DNA from: an uncultured Candidatus Rokubacteria bacterium
GTDB taxonomy: Bacteria > Methylomirabilota > Methylomirabilia > Rokubacteriales > CSP1-6
DNA: 64,000 nucleotides
Assembly (NCBI GenBank): GCA_963771355.1
Contig: CAVYTA010000006.1
Span: 928,001-992,000, forward strand
Reading direction: 5' to 3'
Shown: positions 40,867 through 50,517 of the stretch, in pieces
Layout: every line of letters starts with the position of its first letter
How positions within the stretch are numbered: position 1 is the stretch's first letter
Position numbers and translations under genes: made by a program
The notes under the pieces: model-generated
Database searches by the model: none
The model's input: the letters and a program-made list of their open reading frames with translations, nothing else
Told to the model about the DNA's origin: nothing

Positions 40867-42116
40867 GCACGCGGGAAAAGGCCGTATTGACCGCGCTGCG
40901 GCTGCCCAAGCAGCCGCGCTTCGAGGTCGATGAGTCCCTGGACGAGCTGGGCCGCCTGGCGGAGTCCGCCGGGGCCGAGGTGATCGGGCGCATGACCCAG
41001 GACCGGCGCGCGCCCTCCCCCGCGCTCTATTTCGGGAAGGGCAAGGTCGAGGAGATGCGCGACTGGTCGAAGCAGCAGGGCGCCAACCTCATGATCTCCG
41101 ACGACGCGCTCTCGCCCATCCAGGAGCGCAATCTCGGCGGGACCCTCGGGTTCAAGGTCATCGACCGCACCGCGCTCATCCTCGACATCTTCGCCCAGCG
41201 GGCGCGCACCATGGAGGGCAAGCTCCAGGTGGAGCTGGCCCAGCTCTCCTACCTGCTGCCGCGCCTGGTGCGCCAGTGGAAGCATCTCGAGCGGCTGGGC
41301 GGCGGCATCGGAACGCGCGGACCGGGCGAGACCCAGCTCGAATCCGACCGCCGGATGATCCGCCACCGCATCGAGAAGATCCGCGGGGAGCTCAAGCGCG
41401 TGCGCGTGCACCGCCGGCTTGTGCGCGACCGGCGCTCGGCCACCGGCTATCCCGTGGCCGCGCTCGTCGGGTACACCAACGCGGGGAAGACCACGCTGCT
41501 CAACCAGCTCACCGGCGCGGGCCGGGTGGCCGCGGACCAGCTCTTCGTCACCCTCGACCCCGCGGCGCGGCTGGTATCGGGGCCGAGCCACGCGCCCTTC
41601 ATCCTGACCGACACCGTGGGGTTCATCCGCAAGCTGCCGCATCAGCTGGTGGCCGCCTTCAAGGCCACGCTGGAAGAGCTGGCGGAGGCGGACCTCCTCG
41701 TCCACGTGGTCGACGCGAGCCATCCCGGGGTGGACGAGCAGATGGCGGCGGTGGAGGGCCTCCTCGACGAGCTGGGCCTGGCCGATCGGCCCACCATCGT
41801 GGCATTGAACAAGGTGGACCGCCTGGAGGCGGACGCCGCGCTGGGACATCTCGTGGCGCGCTTCAACGGGGTGGCCCTCTCGGCGCGCACGGGGCAGGGG
41901 GTGGAGACACTGCTCGAGCGCATCGACCAGATGTTCCGCCCGCGCGTGGAGCGGATGCGCCTGCTCATCCCGTACCGCGACGGGCCCGCGCTCGCCCTCT
42001 GCTACGACCGCGGGCGCGTGATCGAGCGCGCGGATCTGCCCGAGGGCATCCGGGTCGAGGTCGAGGTGCCCCGACGCCTCGCCACCCAGCTGGCACCCTA
42101 TCGGCTCGAGGCCTGA
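40863..42116 (+). CDS. hflX: GTPase HflX
   Basis: ILDIFAQRA, RGPGETQLE, GYTNAGKT, DTVGFI, NKVD. Confidence 0.96.
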   Translation: MSTREKAVLTALRLPKQPRFEVDESLDELGRLAESAGAEVIGRMTQDRRAPSPALYFGKGKVEEMRDWSKQQGANLMISDDALSPIQERNLGGTLGFKVIDRTALILDIFAQRARTMEGKLQVELAQLSYLLPRLVRQWKHLERLGGGIGTRGPGETQLESDRRMIRHRIEKIRGELKRVRVHRRLVRDRRSATGYPVAALVGYTNAGKTTLLNQLTGAGRVAADQLFVTLDPAARLVSGPSHAPFILTDTVGFIRKLPHQLVAAFKATLEELAEADLLVHVVDASHPGVDEQMAAVEGLLDELGLADRPTIVALNKVDRLEADAALGHLVARFNGVALSARTGQGVETLLERIDQMFRPRVERMRLLIPYRDGPALALCYDRGRVIERADLPEGIRVEVEVPRRLATQLAPYRLEA

Positions 42117-42130
42117 GCCGCCGCCCCGCC

Positions 42131-42682
42131 ATGGGACTCGCCAACTGGCTCACCACGCTGCGCATACTCCTGATCCCGGTCTTCGTCACCCTGCTCGTGT
42201 ACCGCCGGGTGGGGGAGGCCTTCGTGGTGTTCTGCCTGGCGAGCTTCACCGACCTCCTCGACGGCTACATCGCGCGGACCCACGGCAGCCAGTCCCGGCT
42301 GGGCGCCTTCCTCGATCCCGTGGCCGACAAGCTGCTCCTCACGTCTGCCTTCGTCACCCTCACCTACCTCAAGGTCATCCCCTTCTGGATCACCGCGGTG
42401 GTGGTGAGCCGTGATCTCATTCTGTCCGTGGGGGTGCTCGTCATCCACGTGGCGGGCGGCACCGTGCACCCCGCGCCCACCTGGATCGGGAAGATGTCCA
42501 CCGTGCTCCAGATGGGCACCGTGGTGTCGGCCATGCTCTTCTACTACTACATGCCCGGCCAGCTGATCCCCCGGCTCTTCGCCTGGCTCGCGGCGGCGTT
42601 CACCGTCGTTTCCGGGCTCCAGTACATCGTGCAGGGGCTCAAGCAGCTCAACCCGCCCGCCAGCGTGGCCGGCCGGAGCTGA
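42131..42682 (+). CDS. pgsA: CDP-alcohol phosphatidyltransferase (PgsA-like)
   Basis: ANWLT..R, DLLDGYIAR...G.FLDPVADK. Confidence 0.85.
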   Translation: MGLANWLTTLRILLIPVFVTLLVYRRVGEAFVVFCLASFTDLLDGYIARTHGSQSRLGAFLDPVADKLLLTSAFVTLTYLKVIPFWITAVVVSRDLILSVGVLVIHVAGGTVHPAPTWIGKMSTVLQMGTVVSAMLFYYYMPGQLIPRLFAWLAAAFTVVSGLQYIVQGLKQLNPPASVAGRS

Positions 42683-42683
42683 C

Positions 42684-44018
42684 ATGGCGCCGCGGCGAAC
42701 GGGGGAGGACAACGGCGTGGTGGTGGGCGCGGTGGCGCGGGACGGCGCGGCGGGACGGGCGGGCCTGCGCCCGGGCGATCGCATCACCGCCATCAACGGC
42801 GAGCGCGTGCGCGACGTCATCGACTTCCACTTCAATGCGGGCGACGCGCGACTGACCTGCGCGGTGGAGCGCGGCGGCGAGACCACCGGCCTCACCCTGG
42901 TACGGCGGGGCGCCGATCTCGGCCTCGAGCTGCTCGGCCCCACCCCGGGCGAGATCTCCACCTGCGCCAACAAGTGCGTGTTCTGCTTCATCCACCAGCT
43001 GCCGCGCGGCATGCGCAAGAGCCTCTACGTCAAGGACGACGACTTCCGGCTCTCCTTCCTCCACGGCAACTACATCACCCTCACCGATCTCGAGGAAGCC
43101 GAGCTCATCCGGATCGAGACGCAGCGGCTATCACCGCTCTATATCTCGGTGCACGCCACCGATCCCGAGCTCCGCCACCGGCTGCTTGGCGAGCCGCGGG
43201 TGAAACGCGACCTCATGCCGCTCATGGCACGGCTGGCGCGCGCCGGGATCCGGATGCACGCGCAGATCGTGCTCTGCCCGGGCTGGAACGACGGTGTCCA
43301 GCTCGAGCGGTCCATTCGCGAGCTCGCCGCGCTCCACCCGGCGGTCGCGACGACGGCGGTGGTGCCGGTGGGACTCACCGCGCATCGTGAGCGCCTCCCG
43401 CGCCTCCGTACCCTCACCGCGGACGAGGCCCGCGACCTCGTGCGCACGCTCGCCGGCTGGCAAGCCGAGCTGCGCGCGCGGCTGGGCAGCCGCTTCGTCT
43501 GGGGTGGGGACGAGCTGTACCTCCAGGCGGGGCTGCCGCTGCCGGCGGCCTCCGCGTATGAGCGCTTCCCGGTGGTGGAGGACGGGATCGGGCTCGTGCG
43601 CCGTTTCGAGGACGGCTGGGCTCACGTGCGCCCCCGCGCGCCCGCCCGCGTGCCGCGGCCCCGCGCGGTCACGGTGGTCACCGGCGAGATGTACGCCCCG
43701 CGCCTGCGGCATCTCCTCGAATCCCTCGAGGTCGACGGGCTGCGCGCCCGCGTGGTCCCCGTCGTCAATCGGTGGTTCGGCGGCACCATCGGCGTGGCGG
43801 GTCTCCTCACCGGCGCGGACATCCAGACCGCGCTGGCCGGCACGGCGCTCGGGGCGGAGGTGCTCGTGCCCGCGGTGGCGCTCCGCGACGGCGCCGGCGT
43901 CTTCCTCGATGACCTGACCCCGGCCGATCTCACCACCGCGCTCGGGGTGCCGGTCACGCCCGTGGAGCCCACCGCGCGCGCCCTCCTCGCGGGCCTGCTC
44001 GGCGGCGCCCCCGCATGA
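42684..44018 (+). CDS. DUF512 radical-SAM-like FeS protein with N-terminal PDZ-like domain
   Basis: CANKCVFC, SLYVKDDDFRLSFLHGNYITLT, SVHATDP, VPVGLT, VAGLLTG. Confidence 0.87.
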   Translation: MAPRRTGEDNGVVVGAVARDGAAGRAGLRPGDRITAINGERVRDVIDFHFNAGDARLTCAVERGGETTGLTLVRRGADLGLELLGPTPGEISTCANKCVFCFIHQLPRGMRKSLYVKDDDFRLSFLHGNYITLTDLEEAELIRIETQRLSPLYISVHATDPELRHRLLGEPRVKRDLMPLMARLARAGIRMHAQIVLCPGWNDGVQLERSIRELAALHPAVATTAVVPVGLTAHRERLPRLRTLTADEARDLVRTLAGWQAELRARLGSRFVWGGDELYLQAGLPLPAASAYERFPVVEDGIGLVRRFEDGWAHVRPRAPARVPRPRAVTVVTGEMYAPRLRHLLESLEVDGLRARVVPVVNRWFGGTIGVAGLLTGADIQTALAGTALGAEVLVPAVALRDGAGVFLDDLTPADLTTALGVPVTPVEPTARALLAGLLGGAPA

Positions 44019-45373
44019 TCCGCCCCGTCATCGCCATCGTGGGCCGCCCCAACGTGGGCAAGTCCACGCTCTTCAACCGCCTCGTGGGGCGCCGCCAGTC
44101 GCTCGTCCGCGACGTCCCCGGCGTCACGCGCGATCGGCTCTACGGCACCGTCACCTTCGAGCGCTGGCAAGCCACCGTGGTCGACACCGGCGGCTTCGAG
44201 CCGAAGACCACGGACGATCTGCTCGCCGCCATGCGCGATCAGATCATGCATGCCATCGAGGAGGCCGATCTCATCGTCTTCACGGTGGATGGGCGCGAGG
44301 GGCTGACGCCGGTGGACAGCGAGATCGCGAACATCCTGCGCCGGAGCGGGCGCCCGGTGGTGGTGGCGGCCAACAAGGTGGACGGCGCCGCCCAGGAGGC
44401 GGTGCTGGGCGACGTCTATCGGCTCGGCTTCAAGACCGTGATGCCGGTGTCCGCGGAGCATGGGCGCGGGGTGGCCGAGATGCTCGAGGCGGTCCGGGAC
44501 GCCGCGCCGGTGCCGGTGGCGGAGCCCGGCGTCGACGGCGTGCGGGTGGCCATCGTGGGACGGCCCAATGTCGGCAAGTCGTCCCTCGTCAACGCGGTGC
44601 TCGGCCAGCCCCGAGTGCTCGTCCACTCCGCTCCCGGCACCACACGCGACAGCGTGGACACGCCGCTGACTTTCCGCGGCCACCCGTATGTTCTCATCGA
44701 CACCGCCGGCATCCGCCGCAAGGGCAAGGTGTCGGAGGCCCTCGAGAAGCTCTCGGTGGTGATGGCGCTCAAGAGCCTGGAGCGCTGTCAGGTGGCGGTG
44801 CTCGTGCTGGACGCCTCGGAGGGCGTCACCGCGCAGGACGCGCACATCGCGGGCTACGCGCACGACGCCGGCCGCGCGCTGGTGATCGCGGTGAACAAGT
44901 GGGACCTGGTGCCGCCGGGCCTGGTGAGCCGCGCCGACGTGACCGGTCAGCTCCACGACCGGCTGCCCTTCCTCGACTACGCGCCCATCTGCTTCATCTC
45001 CGCGCTCCGCTCCGCCGGTCTCCCCGAGCTCTTCGACACCGTGAAGCGCGTGGCGGCGGAGGCTCAGCGGCGCGTCGCGCCCGGCGATCTGCTCACGCTG
45101 TTCCGCAACGCGCTCGAGCGCCGGCCCATGTCCGCGCGCGGTCTGCCGCTACGTATCCAGGGCGCGCTGCAGGTCGCGGTCTCGCCGCCGACCTTCGCGC
45201 TACGGGTGAACCTGCCCGACGACATCCACTTTTCCTACGAGCGCTACCTCGTCAATTCCCTGCGGCACGCTCATCCCTTCACGGGCTCGCCCATCCGGCT
45301 GCTGTTCCGGAAGAGCGGCAAGAGCAACGCCAGGCCCGGGCCCCGGCGCTCCCTGGGGGGCAGCCGCCGCTGA
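44015..45373 (+). CDS. der: Ribosome biogenesis GTPase Der
   Basis: Two GRPNVGKS G-domains, DTGG/DTAG, NKVD/NKWD. Confidence 0.96.
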   Translation: MIRPVIAIVGRPNVGKSTLFNRLVGRRQSLVRDVPGVTRDRLYGTVTFERWQATVVDTGGFEPKTTDDLLAAMRDQIMHAIEEADLIVFTVDGREGLTPVDSEIANILRRSGRPVVVAANKVDGAAQEAVLGDVYRLGFKTVMPVSAEHGRGVAEMLEAVRDAAPVPVAEPGVDGVRVAIVGRPNVGKSSLVNAVLGQPRVLVHSAPGTTRDSVDTPLTFRGHPYVLIDTAGIRRKGKVSEALEKLSVVMALKSLERCQVAVLVLDASEGVTAQDAHIAGYAHDAGRALVIAVNKWDLVPPGLVSRADVTGQLHDRLPFLDYAPICFISALRSAGLPELFDTVKRVAAEAQRRVAPGDLLTLFRNALERRPMSARGLPLRIQGALQVAVSPPTFALRVNLPDDIHFSYERYLVNSLRHAHPFTGSPIRLLFRKSGKSNARPGPRRSLGGSRR

Positions 45374-45473
45374 TGGGGGAGCCGTACCGTAGCGGTTTAA
45401 TCGCTTGGTGGGGAAACCCGCTATGCTAAGATGGCGCAGCAGTTGACAAATTCTCGTTGAGGACGCAGGCGCC

Positions 45474-46511
45474 ATGACCCCCGAAGACGACGACTATCTC
45501 GCGGATGACCGGGAGACTCAGTCGGCATCCCGGCGTCTCCTGGCCGCGGGCTGGCTGCGGGCGCTACTCGTGCTCGCCGTGCTCGCGATCGTCATCGTCA
45601 TCACAGTCCCCTACATCCTGCAGTGGCTCGAGAGCAGCCCACCCGAGCGAGCGGCGATGACGGATGCGCAGGTGACGCGCTCGGTGCCCGCATCGGCCAC
45701 GCCGATCGAGAGCGCGCCGGCGACACCCGCGGCACCCGCACCCGCGGCACCGGCGCCCGCCGTCGCCGTGGCGCCGGCACCGGCCGCGAAGGAACCGCCG
45801 GTCGCCAAGGACGCGGGCCTGGCAAAAGACGCTCCCGCCGCGAAGGAGCTGCCCGCGGCGAAGGAACCCGTCAAGGCGGGCGCGTCGGTCCCCCGGAGCG
45901 AGCCCTCCGAGAAAGCCGCCACCGCCGCGGCGCCTGCGCCCGTCGCGAAGGACTCGCCCACGTCCAAGCCGCCCGCGAAGGCGCCGCCGGTCATCGCGCG
46001 GGCGGCGGCCCCTGCACCCGTCGCGCCGGCCAAGCCGCTGAACGGCGGGGGCAGCTACTGGGTGCAGGTGGGGCTGTTCCAGAACGCGGCCAATGCCGAG
46101 CGGCTCGCCCAGGACCTCCGCACCGATCGCTACTCGGTGGAGGTAGCCCAGGTCACGCGCGACGGCGCCGCACCCGCGGTGGGCCGTCACGAGGTGCTCG
46201 TGACCGGCTCGAGCGTGGACGCGGTGACGGCAGCGCTGAAGGGGAGCGGGACCGCGCAGGCGGTGACGGGCGGCGTGGTGGTGCGGCCGGCCCTGGATCT
46301 CAAGGACGCGGTGACGCTGTCGCGGCGGCTCGCCTCGGAAGGGCTGGAGGTGCGCATCCGTCGCGCGGCCGCCGCGTCCACGAGCGGCGGGGCCACCGTC
46401 CACCTGGTCCGCGTGGGCGGCTACGCCACGCCCGCCGAGGCGCAGGCGGGCAAGAAGCAGCTCGCCGCCAAAGGCGTGAGCGGCTTCGTCATCCAGGGCG
46501 CCGCGAAGTGA
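45474..46511 (+). CDS. Bitopic SPOR-domain protein
   Basis: N-terminal TM, Pro/Ala-rich linker, YWVQVGLF...NAE and VRVGGY SPOR elements. Confidence 0.8.
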   Translation: MTPEDDDYLADDRETQSASRRLLAAGWLRALLVLAVLAIVIVITVPYILQWLESSPPERAAMTDAQVTRSVPASATPIESAPATPAAPAPAAPAPAVAVAPAPAAKEPPVAKDAGLAKDAPAAKELPAAKEPVKAGASVPRSEPSEKAATAAAPAPVAKDSPTSKPPAKAPPVIARAAAPAPVAPAKPLNGGGSYWVQVGLFQNAANAERLAQDLRTDRYSVEVAQVTRDGAAPAVGRHEVLVTGSSVDAVTAALKGSGTAQAVTGGVVVRPALDLKDAVTLSRRLASEGLEVRIRRAAAASTSGGATVHLVRVGGYATPAEAQAGKKQLAAKGVSGFVIQGAAK

Positions 46512-46837
46512 CCGGCCCCCACGTGGTGCTCGTCACCGCGCCCTCCCGGGAAGACGCGCTCATGCTGGGCCGCGCGCTCGTGGACGAACGCCTCGCCGCC
46601 TGCGTGAACGTGCTTCCCGGCCTCACGTCGATCTATCGCTGGGAAGGCCGACGCGAGGAGGCGGCGGAGTGCCTGCTCGTGATCAAGACCGACGGCGAGC
46701 GGTATCCGGCGCTCGAGCGCCGGGTACACGAGCTGCACTCCTACACGGTTCCTGAAGTGCTGGCGCTCCCGGTGGACGCGGGGGCGCCCGCCTACGTGCA
46801 ATGGCTCAAAGAATCCGTGACGGTCGAGGGGAGGTGA
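46508..46837 (+). CDS. cutA: Divalent-cation tolerance protein CutA
   Basis: LAACVN, SIYRWEG, IKT, HSYTVPE. Confidence 0.93.
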   Translation: MTGPHVVLVTAPSREDALMLGRALVDERLAACVNVLPGLTSIYRWEGRREEAAECLLVIKTDGERYPALERRVHELHSYTVPEVLALPVDAGAPAYVQWLKESVTVEGR

Positions 46838-47115
46838 CAGCGCTGACCAAGAACGACCTGATCAACGCGGTGGCGGCGCACGGCCTGTCCAAGCGCCAGT
46901 CGGCGTCAGTGGTCGAGACGCTGTTCGACATCATCTTCAACTGCTTCGAGCGGGGCGAGGACGTCAAGATCGTCGGCTTCGGGCACTTCCGGATCCGCCG
47001 GAAGGCGTCTCGTCGTGGGCGCAACCCGCAGACGGGCGACAGCATCGAGATCACCGCGCGCAAGGTGCTCACGTTCAAGCCGAGCAAGGGGCTCAAGCTA
47101 CGGCTCAACCACTAG
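46834..47115 (+). CDS. ihfA: Integration host factor alpha
   Basis: ALTKNDL, VKIVGFG.F, GRNPQTG, TARKVLTFKPS; followed by merR and tRNA-Pro. Confidence 0.88.
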   Translation: MTALTKNDLINAVAAHGLSKRQSASVVETLFDIIFNCFERGEDVKIVGFGHFRIRRKASRRGRNPQTGDSIEITARKVLTFKPSKGLKLRLNH

Positions 47116-47129
47116 CCCCCGGGGGACGC

Positions 47130-47492
47130 GTGACCCAGACGATCCCAGACAAGCTTTACTACCGGATTGGCGAGGTGGAGTCGATCACGGAGGTTCCGGC
47201 CTACGTGCTCCGGTACTGGGAGTCGGAGTTCAAGCTCCTGCGGCCGAAGAAGAACCCGGCGGGACAGCGGCTGTACCGCAAGCCGGACCTCGACCTCGTG
47301 CTCCGCATCAAGTACCTGCTCTACACCGAGCGCCTCACCCTGGAGGGCGCGCGCAAGCGGTTGCTGGCCGAGGCACGCGGCACGCACCAGATGGACCTCG
47401 GCCTCAAGGGCATGACCCTCGAGGAAACCCTCCGGCGCACCCGGGAGCGTCTCCGTGCGCTGCGCGACCGCCTGAGTCCCCAGCGAAAGTGA
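47130..47492 (+). CDS. MerR-family transcriptional regulator
   Basis: IPDKLYYRIGEV, LRYWE.EF, GQRLY. Confidence 0.9.
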   Translation: MTQTIPDKLYYRIGEVESITEVPAYVLRYWESEFKLLRPKKNPAGQRLYRKPDLDLVLRIKYLLYTERLTLEGARKRLLAEARGTHQMDLGLKGMTLEETLRRTRERLRALRDRLSPQRK

Positions 47493-47501
47493 GCGTCCGC
47501 C

Positions 47502-47530
47502 TTGAGTTTTCTGCCGCCTATCCGTACAAT
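47502..47530 (+). promoter_or_regulatory. Sigma70 promoter of tRNA-Pro(GGG)
   Basis: TTGAGT, 17-bp spacer, TACAAT, 11 nt upstream of the tRNA. Confidence 0.7.
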
Positions 47531-47541
47531 GCACCGTGGGT

Positions 47542-47618
<77 letters not shown>

Positions 47619-47634
47619 TTTACAAAGGAACCCG

Positions 47635-47661
47635 AGGGCAGATTCTCGGATCTGCCCTTTT
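47635..47661 (+). terminator. Intrinsic terminator after tRNA-Pro
   Basis: AGGGCAGAT-tctcgg-ATCTGCCCT hairpin followed by a short T run. Confidence 0.65.
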
Positions 47662-47678
47662 GTGATTGAGGAGGCGCG

Positions 47679-48452
47679 ATGGCGGGCGTGATCCTCGTCA
47701 CCAACGACGACGGGGTGCACGCACCGGGCCTGGCCGCGCTGGCGGCGGCTCTCGAGCCTCTCGGCGAGGTGTACGTGATCGCGCCCGACCGCGAGCAAAG
47801 CGCGGTGGGGCACGCGCTCACCTTGCACCGGCCGCTGCGCGTTGAGACGCTCGCTGAGCGGCGCTTCGCGGTGAACGGGACACCGTCGGACTGCGTGAAC
47901 CTGGGTGTGCTCGGACTCTTGCCGGAGACGCCGGTGCTGGTGGTGTCGGGCATCAACCACGGCGCGAACCTGGGCGACGACGTCACCTATTCAGGGACGG
48001 TGTCGGCGGCGATGGAGGGCACCCTCCTGGGCGTGCGCTCCATGGCGGTGTCCCAGGCCGAGCCCGACCCAGGAGTGGGCTTCGACGCGGCGGGGGAAGT
48101 GGCGCGGGCGGTGGCCACGCGGCTCCTGGTGGAGGGCCTGCCGGCGCAGACGCTCCTCAACGTGAACGTGCCGCCGGCGCGGCCGCAGGGTATCCGGATG
48201 ACGCGGCTGGGCCAGCGCGTGTACAGCGCGAAGGCGATCCGCGAGGTAGATCCGCGCGGGCGACCGTACTACTGGATCGGCGCGGGCCCGCCGGTGTGGG
48301 CGGAGGACGAGGGCACGGACATCGCGGCGGTGCAAGCGGGTTGGGCCTCGGTGACGCCGCTACACCTGGACCTCACGCATCATGGCGCCCTGCGCGCGAT
48401 GGGGAGCTGGGAGTCGAGCCTCAACGCGCAGTTCCGCAGGCGGAGCCGGTGA
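47679..48452 (+). CDS. surE: 5'/3'-nucleotidase SurE
   Basis: ILVTNDDG, GTPSDCV, SGIN.G.NLG.D..YSGTVSAA.EG. Confidence 0.96.
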   Translation: MAGVILVTNDDGVHAPGLAALAAALEPLGEVYVIAPDREQSAVGHALTLHRPLRVETLAERRFAVNGTPSDCVNLGVLGLLPETPVLVVSGINHGANLGDDVTYSGTVSAAMEGTLLGVRSMAVSQAEPDPGVGFDAAGEVARAVATRLLVEGLPAQTLLNVNVPPARPQGIRMTRLGQRVYSAKAIREVDPRGRPYYWIGAGPPVWAEDEGTDIAAVQAGWASVTPLHLDLTHHGALRAMGSWESSLNAQFRRRSR

Positions 48453-49120
48453 TCGCGCGGGGATCGGAGCCGGCCGCCCACGACCGCACCGCGGCCGCGC
48501 GCGATCGGATGGTGGAGGAGGTGGCCGGGCGCGGCGTCACGGACGCGCGCGTGCTGGTGGCGATGCGGAAGGTGCCGCGGCACCGCTTCGTGGAGGAAGC
48601 GCTCCGCGACCGAGCCTATGGCGACTATCCGTTGCCCATCGGTGAAGGGCAGACGATCTCGCAGCCCTACATCGTCGCGCGGATGACGGAGTTGTTGCGG
48701 CTGAGCGGTCTCGAGAAGGTGCTGGAGGTGGGCACCGGCTCGGGCTATCAGGCGGCGGTGCTCGGGCAGTGCGCGGCGCGGGTGTGTACGGTGGAGCGGC
48801 TTCCGCGCCTGGCCGCACGCGCCCGCCAGACGCTGGAAGAGCTGGGATACTCGAACGTGTGGGGGCGCACGGCCAACGGGACGTTCGGATGGCCCGACCA
48901 GGCGCCGTTCGACCGGATCCTGGTGGCGGCGGGCGGTCCTGCGGTGCCGCCGCCCTTGTTCGAGCAGCTCGCCGAAGGTGGACTGATGGTGATGCCCGTG
49001 GGGGGACCGGACACGCAGCGGCTGCAGCTCATCGAGAAGGTGCGGGGCGAGATGCGCGTCACCGAGGACTCCGGATGCGTGTTCGTGCCGCTCATCGGGA
49101 AATACGCGTGGCAGGGATGA
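48449..49120 (+). CDS. pcm: Protein-L-isoaspartate O-methyltransferase
   Basis: VPRHRFV, PIGEGQTISQP, LEVGTGSGYQAA, FVPLIG. Confidence 0.95.
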   Translation: MIARGSEPAAHDRTAAARDRMVEEVAGRGVTDARVLVAMRKVPRHRFVEEALRDRAYGDYPLPIGEGQTISQPYIVARMTELLRLSGLEKVLEVGTGSGYQAAVLGQCAARVCTVERLPRLAARARQTLEELGYSNVWGRTANGTFGWPDQAPFDRILVAAGGPAVPPPLFEQLAEGGLMVMPVGGPDTQRLQLIEKVRGEMRVTEDSGCVFVPLIGKYAWQG

Positions 49121-49148
49121 TGCCGACGTCGGGCGAGCCATGCGAGGA

Positions 49149-49225
49149 CGGGGCGTAGCGCAGCTTGGTAGCGCGCCTGCTTCGGGAGCAGGAGGTCGCT
49201 GGTTCAAATCCAGTCGCCCCGACCA
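49149..49225 (+). tRNA. tRNA-Pro (anticodon CGG)
   Basis: Cloverleaf with anticodon arm CCTGC-TTCGGGA-GCAGG, T-arm, encoded CCA. Confidence 0.96.
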
Positions 49226-49315
49226 TTTCTCCCCTTCACGAGACCTCCCGGGTCTCCGCACCGCGGTGCGGCCGCCGACACCATGCGCATCGCCAACATT
49301 CCGACTGATCGCGCG

Positions 49316-49618
49316 ATGAGCAGCGAGCCCCGCACCGCGGCCGAGATCTTCGTCGACGGCATCGTCCAGGGCGTCGGCTACCGCAACTTCGTCGAGCGCA
49401 AGGCGAGCCAGCTCGGCCTGGCCGGCTTCGTCATGAACCTCAAGGACGGGCGCGTACGCGTGCGCGTCGAGGGCAAGCGGGGCCTGATCGAGGAACTGGC
49501 GCGCGACCTCGAGAAGGGTCCGCCGCTTTCGCGCGTCCAGACCGTGGCGGTCATGTGGCGGCCGGTCACCGGGCGGTTCCGCTCGTTCGGGATCCGCTAC
49601 GCGGAGTTCGATCCATGA
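49316..49618 (+). CDS. acyP: Acylphosphatase
   Basis: G.VQGVGYR, GFV.NL.DGRV, GPP. Confidence 0.9.
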   Translation: MSSEPRTAAEIFVDGIVQGVGYRNFVERKASQLGLAGFVMNLKDGRVRVRVEGKRGLIEELARDLEKGPPLSRVQTVAVMWRPVTGRFRSFGIRYAEFDP

Positions 49619-50517
49619 GCCTCGGACGCCGGCGTGCCCGGCGGGCGATCGGGGTGGGTCTCCTCGTGCCGGGGCTCGTCCTCGCCTCACCACCGGACGC
49701 CGGCGCCGCGGAGGTGCCGGCGAAGCCTCCGGAGAAGCAGCCGAGCGCCAAGGCCACCACGCCCGCCCGCCGCGCCGGGGCGCCCGCTGCGTCACCGGGC
49801 GAGCCCTGCGTGCACGTGGTGCGCCCCGGAGAGTCGGTGAGCCGCATCGCGCTGCTCTACCGCGTGCCGCGCCAACGCCTGATCGACACCAATCGCCTGG
49901 CCCGGCCCGAGACCCTTCGCGTCGGCCAGCGGCTGATCGTGCGCGGCTGTGATCGGAGCCGCCCGGGCGGCAGCGCGACCGCGGAGGCAGTGACCCAGCC
50001 CGATGGCTCCCTGCTGGCCCTGGTGGGCCCACGTCGTGTCCCCACGCGGCTATACCTCGACGTCCCCGAGTTCGGCCGCGGCGCGATTGACTTCATCTGG
50101 CCCGTGATCGGGCCGGTGGTGTCGAGCGTGGGCCGGCGGCGCAGCGGCTGGCACGCGGGGATCGACATTCGCGCGGAGGCGGGGACGCCGGTCTATGCCG
50201 CCGCTCCCGGCACCGTACAGTTCAGCGGCTGGGCGCGGGCCTACGGTCACGTGGTGATGCTCGAGCATTCAAACGATTTCGTGACCATTTACGCCCATAA
50301 TCTTGAGAATCTGGTCAAGGTCGGTGACGCCATTGATGCGGGTACCGTCATCGCCTCCGTTGGACGGAGCGGTCGCGCCACCGCCCATCACCTCCACTTC
50401 GAGATCCGCCAGGGGGGCATGGTCTATAACCCGCTCTTTCTCCTGCCGCGCCGCGACCTGGTCATGGCGGGCGCCGGCGAGATGCCGGAGCCGGACGAGG
50501 ACGATGAAGACGAGTGA
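49615..50517 (+). CDS. LysM + M23 peptidase (NlpD-like)
   Basis: Signal peptide, LysM (HVVRPGES...LRVGQRL), HAGID and HLHFEIR M23 motifs. Confidence 0.88.
   Translation: MSLGRRRARRAIGVGLLVPGLVLASPPDAGAAEVPAKPPEKQPSAKATTPARRAGAPAASPGEPCVHVVRPGESVSRIALLYRVPRQRLIDTNRLARPETLRVGQRLIVRGCDRSRPGGSATAEAVTQPDGSLLALVGPRRVPTRLYLDVPEFGRGAIDFIWPVIGPVVSSVGRRRSGWHAGIDIRAEAGTPVYAAAPGTVQFSGWARAYGHVVMLEHSNDFVTIYAHNLENLVKVGDAIDAGTVIASVGRSGRATAHHLHFEIRQGGMVYNPLFLLPRRDLVMAGAGEMPEPDEDDEDE

Noticed and set aside
45700..46040. Ala/Pro/Lys repeats in the SPOR protein (and APAPAQ in Skp)
   Set aside because: Ordinary low-complexity periplasmic linkers.
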